This document shows, piece after piece, positions 30,704 through 40,069 of a stretch of 64,000 bases of DNA. Numbering within the stretch: position 1 is the stretch's first letter; every line of letters starts with the position of its first letter. The notes beneath the pieces were generated by a model. It was not told where the DNA came from and ran no database searches. It worked only from the letters and a program-made list of their open reading frames with translations. This DNA is from an uncultured Bacteroidia bacterium. Its GTDB lineage: Bacteria; UBA4055. Location of the stretch: NCBI GenBank assembly GCA_964648295.1, contig CAZYNH010000004.1, positions 613 to 64,612 on the forward strand. The letters run 5' to 3'. The position numbers were made by a program, and so were the translations under genes.

Positions 30704-31360
30704 ATGATACATATAGCGCCATCCCTTCTATCCGCGGATTTTAGAACGCTGGGATCAGAACTTGAGAGCGTGAAGGAATCAGGAGCAGATTTTCTGCATC
30801 TGGACATAATGGACGGCCATTTCGTTCCGAACATTACTTTCGGCCCGTTTATTGTTGATTTCTGCAGAAAATCTACGGATCTTGTGCTTGATGTTCATCT
30901 GATGATAGAAAGACCGGAGAATTTCATTGCCTCTTTCGCCAAAGCGGGCGCCGATATTATCTCGATACATGTCGAGACATGCCCGCACCTGCACAGACAG
31001 CTTCAGCTGATAAGGTCGCTGGGAGTAAAGTCTGCGGTCGCTGTCAACCCGGCCACGGAAATTGATTTTCTCGATTATGTGATCGACGACCTCGACATGA
31101 TACTCTTCATGACCGTAAACCCGGGCTTTTCAGGCCAGAAATTCATTCCTTCGGTGCTTAACAAGATAGATTCTTTCAACGAAAGGTACAGAAAACACAT
31201 TAAAGAAGACTTCATTGTCCAGGTGGACGGCGGCGTAAATGATGAAACCTGCGCCCTTCTTACCAACAGAGGGGTCAACTGCCTTGTCTCGGGCAATTAT
31301 TTCTTTAAGCACCCGGACAGAAAAAAGGCGGTAAGCATACTCCGCAGCGAAAAAATTTAG
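30704..31360 (+). CDS. rpe: Ribulose-phosphate 3-epimerase
   Basis: Full-length match to the Rpe family (APSLLSADF, HLDIMDGHFVPN, DVHLMI, FMTVNPGFSGQKF, VDGGVN). Confidence 0.9.
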   Translation: MIHIAPSLLSADFRTLGSELESVKESGADFLHLDIMDGHFVPNITFGPFIVDFCRKSTDLVLDVHLMIERPENFIASFAKAGADIISIHVETCPHLHRQLQLIRSLGVKSAVAVNPATEIDFLDYVIDDLDMILFMTVNPGFSGQKFIPSVLNKIDSFNERYRKHIKEDFIVQVDGGVNDETCALLTNRGVNCLVSGNYFFKHPDRKKAVSILRSEKI

Positions 31361-31370
31361 ATTAAAATTT

Positions 31371-33893
31371 ATGACTGCATTATCAGACAGAATAGAAACG
31401 GAATTCCTGCCGTTCGTAAATAAGCCTTTGCGTTACTCGGGTTCTGAAAAGAACACAATTACGAAGACGCACGAAGGAAAGACCAGCATTGTCCTCATAT
31501 ACCCCGACAAATACGAGATAGGCATGTCCTACAAGGGATTCCACATCCTGTACCATGTTCTGAACAGTTTTGAGGATATTGTATGCGAAAGAGCCTTTAT
31601 CCCTGAAAAGGACGCCTGTGATCTTTTGAGAGAGAAGGGCATTCCTCTGTTCAGTCTGGAAACAAGGACGCCGCTTTCCGGCTTCGATTTCGTAGGCATA
31701 ACTCTCCCCTACGAACTGTGCTTTACCAACATACTTGAAATACTTTCACTTTCAGGAATTCCGCTTTACGCAATGGATAGGAAAGGGAAAAAACCTCTTG
31801 TTCTTGGAGGAGGGATCAACGCGATAAACCCGGAGCCCGTCGCGGACTTCTTCGACCTGTTCCTGATAGGTGACGGGGAGGAACGCCTGCCTGAACTGTT
31901 AAAGCTGTACGCAAAAGAAACGGCGGGAGCAAAGGACAGGACCGGTCTGCTCAAGGAACTTTCACAACTTGAAAGCATATATGTACCGTCGCTGAAGACG
32001 GAGAAAACAAAGGTTAAGAAAGCCGTGGCGATGCTCAAGGCGGAGAACTACACGGACAGCCCGGTAGTCCCTTTAATGGAGATCACCCAGGACAGGATCT
32101 CCGTTGAGGTCATGCGCGGCTGCGACCGCGGCTGCCGGTTCTGTCAGGCGGGCTACTATTACCGTCCTTTACGGGAGCGCCCGACCGCCGATATTGTCAG
32201 GCAGGCGTCCTCCATGATCGCCCGCTCGGGCTGGAAAGAGCTGACGCTCCTTTCCCTCTCGACCTCAGATTACACCAACATCGAACCTCTTCTTGAAACA
32301 CTTTATGAAAAATGTTCGATGAAGGGTGTAAAACTCTCGTTCCCGTCCATGCGCGCCGAATCCTTCACCGATGAAATAGCTTTCATCGCGTCGATAGGAA
32401 GAAAAAGTTCCTTCACATTCGCGCCCGAGGCCGGCTCGGAGAGGATGAGGATGATCATCAACAAGCCGATCGAACTGTCATCAATACTCGATGTGCTGGA
32501 AAAAGTGCTCAGGCTCGGCTGGAAAAGCATAAAGCTTTATTATATGATCGGCCTGCCCTTTGAGACGGACGAGGACATCATCGAGATGGCGGAAATGATC
32601 AACGAGATCGGCAGGTACAGCAGCTCCTACGGCAGGATCAAGATCAACGTGTCCATCTCCCCTTTCAACCCCAAGCCGCACACTCCTTTCCAGTGGGCCG
32701 AGCAGGCGCCTCTGAGCGTGTTCAGGAGCAGGATCGGCATACTTCTGTCAAGGGTGAGGACCGCAAATGTTCACATTACCTGGCGCGATCCCGAAGTGTC
32801 CATACTCGAGGCGATATTCTCAAGAGGCGACAGAAGACTCTCCAAAGCGGTTCACGAGGCTTACAAGCAGGGCGCGCTCTTCGACGCGTGGACGGAAAGC
32901 TTCGACTTCGGACTGTGGAAGAAGGTATTCAAAAAGACCGGCGTAGATCCCGACGACTACCTGTCCGAAAGAAAAGTGAACGAACCTCTTCCCTGGGACT
33001 TTATAGACATCGGCGTAAGCAGGGAATTCCTCGAATCGGAATGGGATAAGGCCCGCAGCGAAAGTCTCACGAAATACTGCCTTAAACAGTGCCAGAAATG
33101 CGGGATCGAAAAGGAATATAAATGCAGGGAGCTTCTCGCGGAAAAAGTGAAGGCTCCGGGAATAAAAGAGATCGTAAAGGAACATTCGGAAGTGCTGGGT
33201 CACAAGGCCGAACCCGTTCCCAGAGCTGACGTAAGATACAGAGTAAAGTTCAGAAGGCTGAGATCTTCAAGATTTCTGTCGCAGCGTAACCTGAGCGCGT
33301 ATATCGAAAGGGAGTTCTTCATTCACGACATACCGGTCGCATACACGAAAGGCTTCCATCCCATGCCCGTACTCAGTTTCTCGCACCCTCTCCCGTTCGG
33401 CTTCACCTCCGACTGCGAGTTCGCCGACATCGGCTTCAAGGACGATTACATCGGGGACATCGAATCCGACATGAGAAAGGTATTCTCGAACATCACCGAA
33501 TTCGTCGAGGTCAAAAAGCTCTCCGGCAAGTTCACTCCGCTGATGCATTTCATCGACTATACGGAATATTACATCATCATCCCCGACAACGCAGCCGAAT
33601 ACTTTACGGAATGTATCCTCAAATTCAGATCCAAGAAGAAGCTGATCATAACGAGGGAGAACAAAGGCAAGGTGAAAGAGATCGACATCGTGCCTTTCGT
33701 GCCCAAGCTGGAGTTCGACGGGGACAACGTCATCGCGGGAATAGGCTTCATAGACGGTGCGTCGGTCAAGATGAGCGAGATTTTCGAGCATGTATTTAAA
33801 ATATCCGAAGAGGATTATTACAGATATCCTATAAAAAAGATAAGAACGGGAAAGATGTCAGAGGCAGGACTGATCGACCCGTTCGGCAATTAA
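31371..33893 (+). CDS. B12-binding domain radical SAM protein fused to a C-terminal DUF2344-like domain (TIGR03960/TIGR03936-type)
   Basis: Radical SAM CxxxCxxC motif (CDRGCRFCQAGYY), B12-binding-like N-terminus, long conserved C-terminal extension. Locally higher GC than the kinase island. Confidence 0.75.
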   Translation: MTALSDRIETEFLPFVNKPLRYSGSEKNTITKTHEGKTSIVLIYPDKYEIGMSYKGFHILYHVLNSFEDIVCERAFIPEKDACDLLREKGIPLFSLETRTPLSGFDFVGITLPYELCFTNILEILSLSGIPLYAMDRKGKKPLVLGGGINAINPEPVADFFDLFLIGDGEERLPELLKLYAKETAGAKDRTGLLKELSQLESIYVPSLKTEKTKVKKAVAMLKAENYTDSPVVPLMEITQDRISVEVMRGCDRGCRFCQAGYYYRPLRERPTADIVRQASSMIARSGWKELTLLSLSTSDYTNIEPLLETLYEKCSMKGVKLSFPSMRAESFTDEIAFIASIGRKSSFTFAPEAGSERMRMIINKPIELSSILDVLEKVLRLGWKSIKLYYMIGLPFETDEDIIEMAEMINEIGRYSSSYGRIKINVSISPFNPKPHTPFQWAEQAPLSVFRSRIGILLSRVRTANVHITWRDPEVSILEAIFSRGDRRLSKAVHEAYKQGALFDAWTESFDFGLWKKVFKKTGVDPDDYLSERKVNEPLPWDFIDIGVSREFLESEWDKARSESLTKYCLKQCQKCGIEKEYKCRELLAEKVKAPGIKEIVKEHSEVLGHKAEPVPRADVRYRVKFRRLRSSRFLSQRNLSAYIEREFFIHDIPVAYTKGFHPMPVLSFSHPLPFGFTSDCEFADIGFKDDYIGDIESDMRKVFSNITEFVEVKKLSGKFTPLMHFIDYTEYYIIIPDNAAEYFTECILKFRSKKKLIITRENKGKVKEIDIVPFVPKLEFDGDNVIAGIGFIDGASVKMSEIFEHVFKISEEDYYRYPIKKIRTGKMSEAGLIDPFGN

Positions 33894-33905
33894 AAGGAGG
33901 GATTT

Positions 33906-35501
33906 ATGTTCAAGTGGCTGTTCAGGATCGTTCTGTTCGTAGTATTCGTGGTCGTGGTCGGTCTTTTCGCTTTAAAGATCTACCTGGAGAAATATTTCGA
34001 CAAGGACATTATCGTCAAAGCGGTGGAATCCGAGACCAATTCGAGGTTCGAGCTTTCGGACGTGAGTATCGGGATATTCTCTTTCACTCCGTCGCTGGAG
34101 ATCGACGGGATCAAGCTCGGAAAGAGGGATAAGTACGCGGACGAAAAAGTGCACATCGACGAAAGGCCGAAAATGGAAGGCGAGATCGTCTCCGTCGAGA
34201 AGATCGAGCTGAAAGCCAACCTGATCCCGCTCTTCGACAAGAGGTTCGAGCTGAACAAGTTCATCATCCAGAGGCCGGTCGCAAGACTTGTTCTCGGCGA
34301 AGAGGGACAGGACAACCTTTCTCCCCTGCTCGGTCAGCCTTCCGGAAAAGCTCAGGCGGCGGCTCCGGCTGAAACTGTAGAAGCGGAAAAAGAAGAGAAA
34401 GCAGTTGAGCAGGAAGAAATAAAACAGGCTGAACCGCAACAGGAATTTTCCGCGAAGGACGTCCCGATCGCCGCTACTATGAACCAGATCGGCGTGGAGA
34501 ACGGCGAGGTCGATATTTTCTTCAAGACAACGCAGCAGCGCTTCCTGATCTCGGACTTTTTCATGGTCATTGACAAGATCGACATAGACCCGAAGGACCT
34601 TGTCAATCACAATAAAGCTACCGTCACTTTCAACACGAACATGGCTATATACAACAAGGAAAAGTCCGAACAGGCGAAACTCGGAATCAAGTCGAACGCC
34701 GTTCTCAGACCGCTCGACCCCGAAACAGGCAAACCGAACCCCGAAGCCGTTTACGGCGTAACGCTTACGAAAGGTTCCTTCATTCAGGCGCTCGTGGCAC
34801 TTGAGAAAGCCAAATCTTCAATGGAAACGCTCGAGAAGGTCGGCATCAACCTGGACATCCTGAGCAAGAAAGCAGTACTCAGCAAGGACGCGGAAACCAG
34901 GATCAGCTACAAGGAAGGCAGAGTCGCGTTCGAGGAGGATCTCAAGGTCCTGACCGAGGATTATGATATCGTCATAAGGAAGGAAAGCTGGTTCAACGTA
35001 ATGAACAATCAGCACAATTTTAAAGGCGACGTCACGGTATCCAAAGCCGAATCCGACAAACTCCTCGCGCAGACCGACAAATTCATCGACGACAGCATGA
35101 AAGACGTCAAAATTAAAGGCGTCAAGATAGACAAGCAGGTGATCAAGGACGAACTCCTCTCCGGGCTCTTAAAAGACGGAAGAATATATATCGAGTTCAC
35201 ATCCAAGGGCGACATATCAGACCCCGACGTCAAAGTATCCTTCATGCCCGTCAGCCTCACCGACCTCATAAAGAAGAAAGCCGGCGCGCTCGTTGACCAG
35301 AAGATCGAGGAAGTAAAACAGAAGGTCAATGAAGAAGTCGATAAAGCCAAAGCCGAAGCTCAGGCCAAAATAGACGAAGAGAAAGCCAAAGCCGAAGCCA
35401 AAGCAGCGGAGGAAAAAGCGGCAGCCGAAGCCAAGGCTAAAAAAGAAGCCGAAAAAGCGGCAGCCGAAGCCAAGAAAAAGATCAAAATACCCGGATTCTA
35501 A
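33906..35501 (+). CDS. AsmA-family-like membrane-anchored protein with Lys/Ala/Glu-rich C-terminal tail
   Basis: N-terminal TM anchor (FRIVLFVVFVVVVGLFAL), AsmA-like N-terminal region, low-complexity tail (KAKAEAQAK...AEAKKK). RBS AGGAGG upstream. Confidence 0.5.
   Translation: MFKWLFRIVLFVVFVVVVGLFALKIYLEKYFDKDIIVKAVESETNSRFELSDVSIGIFSFTPSLEIDGIKLGKRDKYADEKVHIDERPKMEGEIVSVEKIELKANLIPLFDKRFELNKFIIQRPVARLVLGEEGQDNLSPLLGQPSGKAQAAAPAETVEAEKEEKAVEQEEIKQAEPQQEFSAKDVPIAATMNQIGVENGEVDIFFKTTQQRFLISDFFMVIDKIDIDPKDLVNHNKATVTFNTNMAIYNKEKSEQAKLGIKSNAVLRPLDPETGKPNPEAVYGVTLTKGSFIQALVALEKAKSSMETLEKVGINLDILSKKAVLSKDAETRISYKEGRVAFEEDLKVLTEDYDIVIRKESWFNVMNNQHNFKGDVTVSKAESDKLLAQTDKFIDDSMKDVKIKGVKIDKQVIKDELLSGLLKDGRIYIEFTSKGDISDPDVKVSFMPVSLTDLIKKKAGALVDQKIEEVKQKVNEEVDKAKAEAQAKIDEEKAKAEAKAAEEKAAAEAKAKKEAEKAAAEAKKKIKIPGF
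35330..35480 (+). repeat. Low-complexity GCC/AAA/GAA-rich coding repeat (K/A/E-rich tail of the AsmA-like gene)
   Basis: Repeated units such as aaagccgaagcc / gcagccgaagccaag visible in the sequence. Confidence 0.5.
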
Positions 35502-35510
35502 GGGAATAGA

Positions 35511-35541
35511 AAAGGGCTGACATAACGTCAGCCCTTTTTTT
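35511..35541. terminator. Bidirectional rho-independent terminator between convergent genes
   Basis: aaaGGGCTGACataaCGTCAGCCCttttttt: GC-rich hairpin followed by a T-run, with an A-rich stretch on the other side. Confidence 0.7.
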
Positions 35542-35597
35542 ATAACTATTTTCTTTATCGAACTATTCTGTGCTTCTGCAGCCTGTACAGCCGTTCA

Positions 35598-36491
35598 TTA
35601 AAGCCATTTGTATATTTCAGGATCCCATTTTAGCGTTAGATCGGAAGGATTAATTACAGGCACGATAAAATTCTTAATATCTGATATTATGGCAGAAAAA
35701 GATTCCGGTAATCCGTTCTGTCTGATCTTTTTTCTAAACGCTTTCCATTGTACTGTCTTAGATTCTGCAAAATCATTAGAAAAAGCTGTTATGTTTCGAT
35801 CTAGTATGACATTCCTATGATTAAAAGTCTTTTGTAATGATTCAGACAATATTCTCATTTCAAAAGTAAAATTATGCGAAAGCAGCCAGATATCATAAAA
35901 ATCTTTCATGCGGCTGTTCAAAATCCCGAGAGTCGTCATCGCTTCAAACTTCTCTGCTATAGCAGTTTCTTTAGAATAGCTTAAAATAACAGGATTAGGA
36001 AAATCAAGAATAACCGGGAATTCAATCTTCTGAGGCTCAGGAAAAGTCAGGTCGTTAAATCCGACATCAACCTGCATATAAATTCTTGCTGTATCAAGTT
36101 TTGCATAGAAGGTAACTCTCACACCGTGATATTCGGCATCATGTTTGATGAGGGCAGTGCTGATCGTTTCGGAAAAGAATTTTATTCCGTCATCTTCTAC
36201 CTTTGTATTTAAGATATTCCTGAATACTTCTCTGATATTTTCTTCTGAGTTTTCAAGTTTTCCCAAAAGATCAATATCCTTTGTCAGCCTGAGATTACTA
36301 TTTCTCCAAATTGTAAAAAGTAATGCTCCTTTAAGAATAAACCTGTCTGAATATTCCGATCTTGAAATTCTGTATAATAATCTTTCCATTGCGTAAAGGT
36401 TCAGGATTTCATCGAATTGTACTGTTTCCGTTTTAGACTTGTTTTTGAGTCTTTCTCTGACCGAAAATGCCATATTTTTAATTACTTTCAT
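35598..36491 (-). CDS. AbiEii/AbiGii-family nucleotidyltransferase toxin (type IV TA / abortive infection)
   Basis: N-terminal region typical of DUF1814/AbiEii (ERLLYRISRSEYSDRFILKGALLF, DIDLLG); about 297 aa; 4-nt overlap with the upstream AbiEi-like gene. Confidence 0.75.
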   Translation of the reverse strand: MKVIKNMAFSVRERLKNKSKTETVQFDEILNLYAMERLLYRISRSEYSDRFILKGALLFTIWRNSNLRLTKDIDLLGKLENSEENIREVFRNILNTKVEDDGIKFFSETISTALIKHDAEYHGVRVTFYAKLDTARIYMQVDVGFNDLTFPEPQKIEFPVILDFPNPVILSYSKETAIAEKFEAMTTLGILNSRMKDFYDIWLLSHNFTFEMRILSESLQKTFNHRNVILDRNITAFSNDFAESKTVQWKAFRKKIRQNGLPESFSAIISDIKNFIVPVINPSDLTLKWDPEIYKWL

Positions 36492-37093
36492 ACTACTGCC
36501 TCAAGATATGGCTGCATCACTTTAACAACACGGCTCATTTTTGCGTATTCATATATTTTATTTACATCCATTCTGCCTCGTTCACGGTAAAACTTCAGAG
36601 CTTCGATCGCTACATCAAGACCGATCTTATTTCTGAACCTGAAACAGTCCACAAGTGTTTTTTCCGGATCATAAACTTTTATTTTTACTCCGTCAATTGT
36701 ATGCTCTTCGATCCCGGCTGAATAAATATCCGGTTTCAGATAATGCACATCAAGACGAATTCCGTTTACTGTCGGAGGTCTGGATCTTTCGATTATGGCG
36801 ATACTTACAGATCTTTGTATCTGTGTTGTCATTCTATGAAAAACGAGTGCGGATATCAGAAAAATTACTGCTTTTGATGATTTTGAGCAAACAAGCTGAA
36901 TATCCGGATAAGAAAAGTTCTGAGCTGATGCGAGTCTGTAAACTCCTCTCGTAATTTTTTCGAAAATACCCTTCTTTACCATCGAAGAAAGGTGATAACG
37001 GCTTATACCAGACCTGACAGCTTCAGACATTCTCATCTGACCGCCATGTTCTCTGAATATTTCCAGCATTTTTTTAGTCATAACATTGAACAT
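36488..37093 (-). CDS. AbiEi-family antitoxin / transcriptional regulator
   Basis: N-terminal wHTH-like segment (EAVRSGISRYHLSSMVKKGIFEKITRGVYRL); size and position immediately upstream of the AbiEii-like gene. Confidence 0.7.
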   Translation of the reverse strand: MFNVMTKKMLEIFREHGGQMRMSEAVRSGISRYHLSSMVKKGIFEKITRGVYRLASAQNFSYPDIQLVCSKSSKAVIFLISALVFHRMTTQIQRSVSIAIIERSRPPTVNGIRLDVHYLKPDIYSAGIEEHTIDGVKIKVYDPEKTLVDCFRFRNKIGLDVAIEALKFYRERGRMDVNKIYEYAKMSRVVKVMQPYLEAVV

Positions 37094-37179
37094 AATGTTT
37101 GTAATTATACATAACTAACGACAATATGTATAATATTTTACTATAAGTCAAGCAATATTTATAATATTTTACGCTTGAA

Positions 37180-38112
37180 TTAAAATGAATCACTTTGCTT
37201 CCCCAATCTACTCAGCATTTCTACTGCTTGAATATCCATCCTTGAAAACCCGAACCACTTTTTGCCCAAATCTTTTAGTGAAGCTCCGAAATGATAGATA
37301 ATATTTTCATCAATTATTATAAATCTGTCGTGCGAATTACTGAACTCTACAATTTCCACAGGTTCATACTGCTCGTTGAACTTCTTAACATCAAGCTTGA
37401 GCTGATCAGATACCGACTTGGAATAGATCGAGGCCTTAACTCCCGTTATTCTCTTTGACAACATCGTTAAGACTGAATCATCAATATAGTTATCTATGAT
37501 CAGAATTGACTTCTCCGCGCTTTTGAAAATATCGGATACGAATTTATATGCATCATATACCTGGCCATCATAGAATACTCCACTCTTCTGCTTAACTTCT
37601 CCGCTTTCCATTAATGAAAACAGTTTATCGAACTTTTGATCATAATCAATCTGTTTAAGCTCTATTCTATCAAGTCTTTGAAATACCTGAGCATTAGTCT
37701 GAATAAATTTCCTCATTTCAATAAAAGCACTCATAATTCTCACACTGATCTCAATGGCTGTTTTACTATTAAGAACTGCCGATAGCATAGCAACACCCTG
37801 CTCTGTAAAAACATAAGGAAGATATTTTCTGTGCTGACCTCTTCCATCTGTTTTTATGGTGACAAATTGGCACCTTAAAGAAATATATTCAGTTTCATTT
37901 AATTGAAAACAAAACGAACTCGGAAATCGTTCTGAATTCCGTTTCATCACTCGATTAAGATATTTGGTCTCAACCCTGTACAACTCTGCCAAGTCTCTGT
38001 CCAGCATCACCTGGAATCCCCGGATCGAATATATCTTTTCTCTGATCTTGCTCTCGAACTTTTCCAATTCATACTCCGACATAACCGCCTCTCCAACATT
38101 ACTTTTACGCAA
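37180..38112 (-). CDS. ORF6N (KilA-N-like) domain-containing protein
   Basis: N-terminal ORF6N-like segment (IYSIRGFQVMLDRDLAELYRVETKYLNRVMKRNSERFP); C-terminal half unrecognised. Start probably the internal Met at MSEYEL. Confidence 0.6.
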   Translation of the reverse strand: MRKSNVGEAVMSEYELEKFESKIREKIYSIRGFQVMLDRDLAELYRVETKYLNRVMKRNSERFPSSFCFQLNETEYISLRCQFVTIKTDGRGQHRKYLPYVFTEQGVAMLSAVLNSKTAIEISVRIMSAFIEMRKFIQTNAQVFQRLDRIELKQIDYDQKFDKLFSLMESGEVKQKSGVFYDGQVYDAYKFVSDIFKSAEKSILIIDNYIDDSVLTMLSKRITGVKASIYSKSVSDQLKLDVKKFNEQYEPVEIVEFSNSHDRFIIIDENIIYHFGASLKDLGKKWFGFSRMDIQAVEMLSRLGKQSDSF

Positions 38113-38169
38113 TATACCACCGGAGGCGTGTCAAATCATGAACCTGCAAGAAATATTATGTAATTTCTT

Positions 38170-38745
38170 CTATTTCCCGTGGCCGGTAATATTGTTCTTG
38201 AATTTGATCAGGCGCTCATAAGCTCTCTGAAGGGTCCTGTCGGCCTCTTCTTTTATTACCTCAATGTCTTTTAGCCTGACCGAGCTGGTATTTTTGCATT
38301 TTTTGCATTCAAAGATCAGTTTTTCCCCTCTTTCGATCCTGTCTGCGTCCCAGAAGTCCTCTCCGCATATAGCGCAGCACGGCCCTTTTACGGCGGGAAA
38401 ATCCTTGTTCAGCGTCTTGTCGGTCATGTACGAATGATAGAAAGCTAAGGACCCGAGTTTCAGCCCAAGTTCATCTTCACCTTTCATTGCTTTCTTCGCT
38501 TTTTCACGGTTCAGGAGCATGCCTATGTATAAACCCGTGAAGATGAATACTACCACTCCCGGTACCACGAACAGCAGAAACGCCATAAAACGCATATTCG
38601 AGACTATCATATCCCTGTTGATTATTAAAGAGGCCAGGAACACTGCCATCACAAAGCTCAATACGGCTCCGCTGACGATAGGGTGTCTGACGAAATATTC
38701 GTTTATTTTCTCAAAAAATTCTTTTTTCTTAAACTGCCCTGTCAT
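38170..38745 (-). CDS. Hypothetical membrane protein with C-terminal zinc-ribbon-like Cys cluster
   Basis: Two or three TM helices followed by CCAICGEDFWD ... CKKCKN. Confidence 0.4.
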   Translation of the reverse strand: MTGQFKKKEFFEKINEYFVRHPIVSGAVLSFVMAVFLASLIINRDMIVSNMRFMAFLLFVVPGVVVFIFTGLYIGMLLNREKAKKAMKGEDELGLKLGSLAFYHSYMTDKTLNKDFPAVKGPCCAICGEDFWDADRIERGEKLIFECKKCKNTSSVRLKDIEVIKEEADRTLQRAYERLIKFKNNITGHGK

Positions 38746-38746
38746 T

Positions 38747-40069
38747 TTACACCTTTTTACTTTTTAGCACTTCTTCTACCGCGGAAAAAACATATTCCGG
38801 ACTGGAGTTATGCAGCAGCACGGTCATATCTGTTCCTGCATCTTCGCTTGTTCTAATAAAATATCCGATCTCTTTCTTTATATCCTCTTTATTCAGCCTG
38901 TTACGGGCATATAGCGTTGTATCCATCACAACCAGCGGTCTTTCCGTAATCTGATAAGGTCTTCTTTTATCAAAATCCCAAGGTCTGAATTCTCTTCCTG
39001 TTCCGCAGCGGAAACCGGCATGGGCTGAGTAACCCATAGTAAAGTCATGAGTTATTCCCGAATTTTCCAGAATCCCGTAAGAACTTCTAACATCGAACTG
39101 AAGAAAATGCGCCCTTCCCTTATTTACTGTAATGCAGTACTTCTTCTCCAGTTCCGACTTCTCGGCAATAATATTTTTTTCGTTCAGGAGAGAAAAATAA
39201 CCGTAGTGAAGCCCGATCTCAGCCCCTTTATTACAAAGTCCGGAGAATACCGCCTTATCCCTGTTTTGCCTGGTGAACCATCCGTCATTATACGGTCCTT
39301 CGGGTGATGTCAGTATAAAATAAACAGGCTTCGTTCCAAGCCGGCCGGCTGTCTCATTTATCCTGCCGAATCTGTCATAAGGGTCTTTTGCCCCCAGCAT
39401 CTTTGCTGTATACCTGAAAAGATCGGAAACAAAGAGAAAAGGGTCGAACCTTTTTATAATATGGCCGGCGAACATCTTGAGCGTTCTGCCCGGAAGGAAT
39501 TTTTCAAAAGAGTCGACATCGCAGGTTACGAATATTCCCGGTTTATGCTCAACAAAAGATATTGAAGGATCAAGTTTACGAATAAGTTTTTTTAAAAAGT
39601 TCGCATATTCGTCAACAACCGGACGCTTTATAAAGCCGTCTTTTACCGACAGGCACAGTTCCGATACAGTTCTGCCGTGATCGTCCTTTTCTTCTATCGC
39701 GGACTCCTCCCACCTGCTGAGCATGAAGAATACCGACGCGACTATATCGAACTCTATTCTGATCTCATTTTCATTTTCAAAAAAAGACCCGTCACCGAAG
39801 ATCAGCGGAAGATCATCACAATAGCTGCAGGTGAGGCGTTCCGTTCTCTGCGGGATCAGACTTCTGTCAATATATGTGTCCCAGCCCTCCGCTCTTCTGA
39901 AGAAAATATCGCTGAAAATGATCTTCTTGTTTCCGGGCAGGATGAACTCGTAGTCTTCCGATCCCCGCTCGATCACAAAGTCCGATCCTGTGAAAGCGGA
40001 AAGAGCTTTCAGAGCATATTGTTTCTCTTCGATATAGCTCCCGGGTATTCTGATCAGTATCTCTGCCAC
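38747..40069 (-). CDS. Hypothetical protein, possibly polysaccharide deacetylase (CE4)-like
   Basis: Track ORF runs to 40339 but would overlap the upstream permease gene by 270 nt; a GTG at 40067-40069 (VAEILIRIPG) overlapping that gene's stop is the more plausible start. Weak CE4-like features (GLHYGYFS, VVMDTTLY). Confidence 0.4.
   Translation of the reverse strand: MAEILIRIPGSYIEEKQYALKALSAFTGSDFVIERGSEDYEFILPGNKKIIFSDIFFRRAEGWDTYIDRSLIPQRTERLTCSYCDDLPLIFGDGSFFENENEIRIEFDIVASVFFMLSRWEESAIEEKDDHGRTVSELCLSVKDGFIKRPVVDEYANFLKKLIRKLDPSISFVEHKPGIFVTCDVDSFEKFLPGRTLKMFAGHIIKRFDPFLFVSDLFRYTAKMLGAKDPYDRFGRINETAGRLGTKPVYFILTSPEGPYNDGWFTRQNRDKAVFSGLCNKGAEIGLHYGYFSLLNEKNIIAEKSELEKKYCITVNKGRAHFLQFDVRSSYGILENSGITHDFTMGYSAHAGFRCGTGREFRPWDFDKRRPYQITERPLVVMDTTLYARNRLNKEDIKKEIGYFIRTSEDAGTDMTVLLHNSSPEYVFSAVEEVLKSKKV

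Noticed and set aside
32481-34610. Several long antisense or alternative-frame ORFs (e.g. 33267..33791 -, 33972..34610 -, 32820..33203 -, 32693..33049 +)
   Set aside because: They lie inside the well-supported radical SAM and AsmA-like genes in a GC-richer region, where stop-free frames arise by chance; their translations are Arg/low-complexity rich.
35330-35480. Possible tandem DNA repeat as a separate element at the 3' end of the AsmA-like gene
   Set aside because: It is in frame and encodes the K/A/E-rich low-complexity tail of the protein rather than a non-coding repeat; kept only as a coding low-complexity feature.
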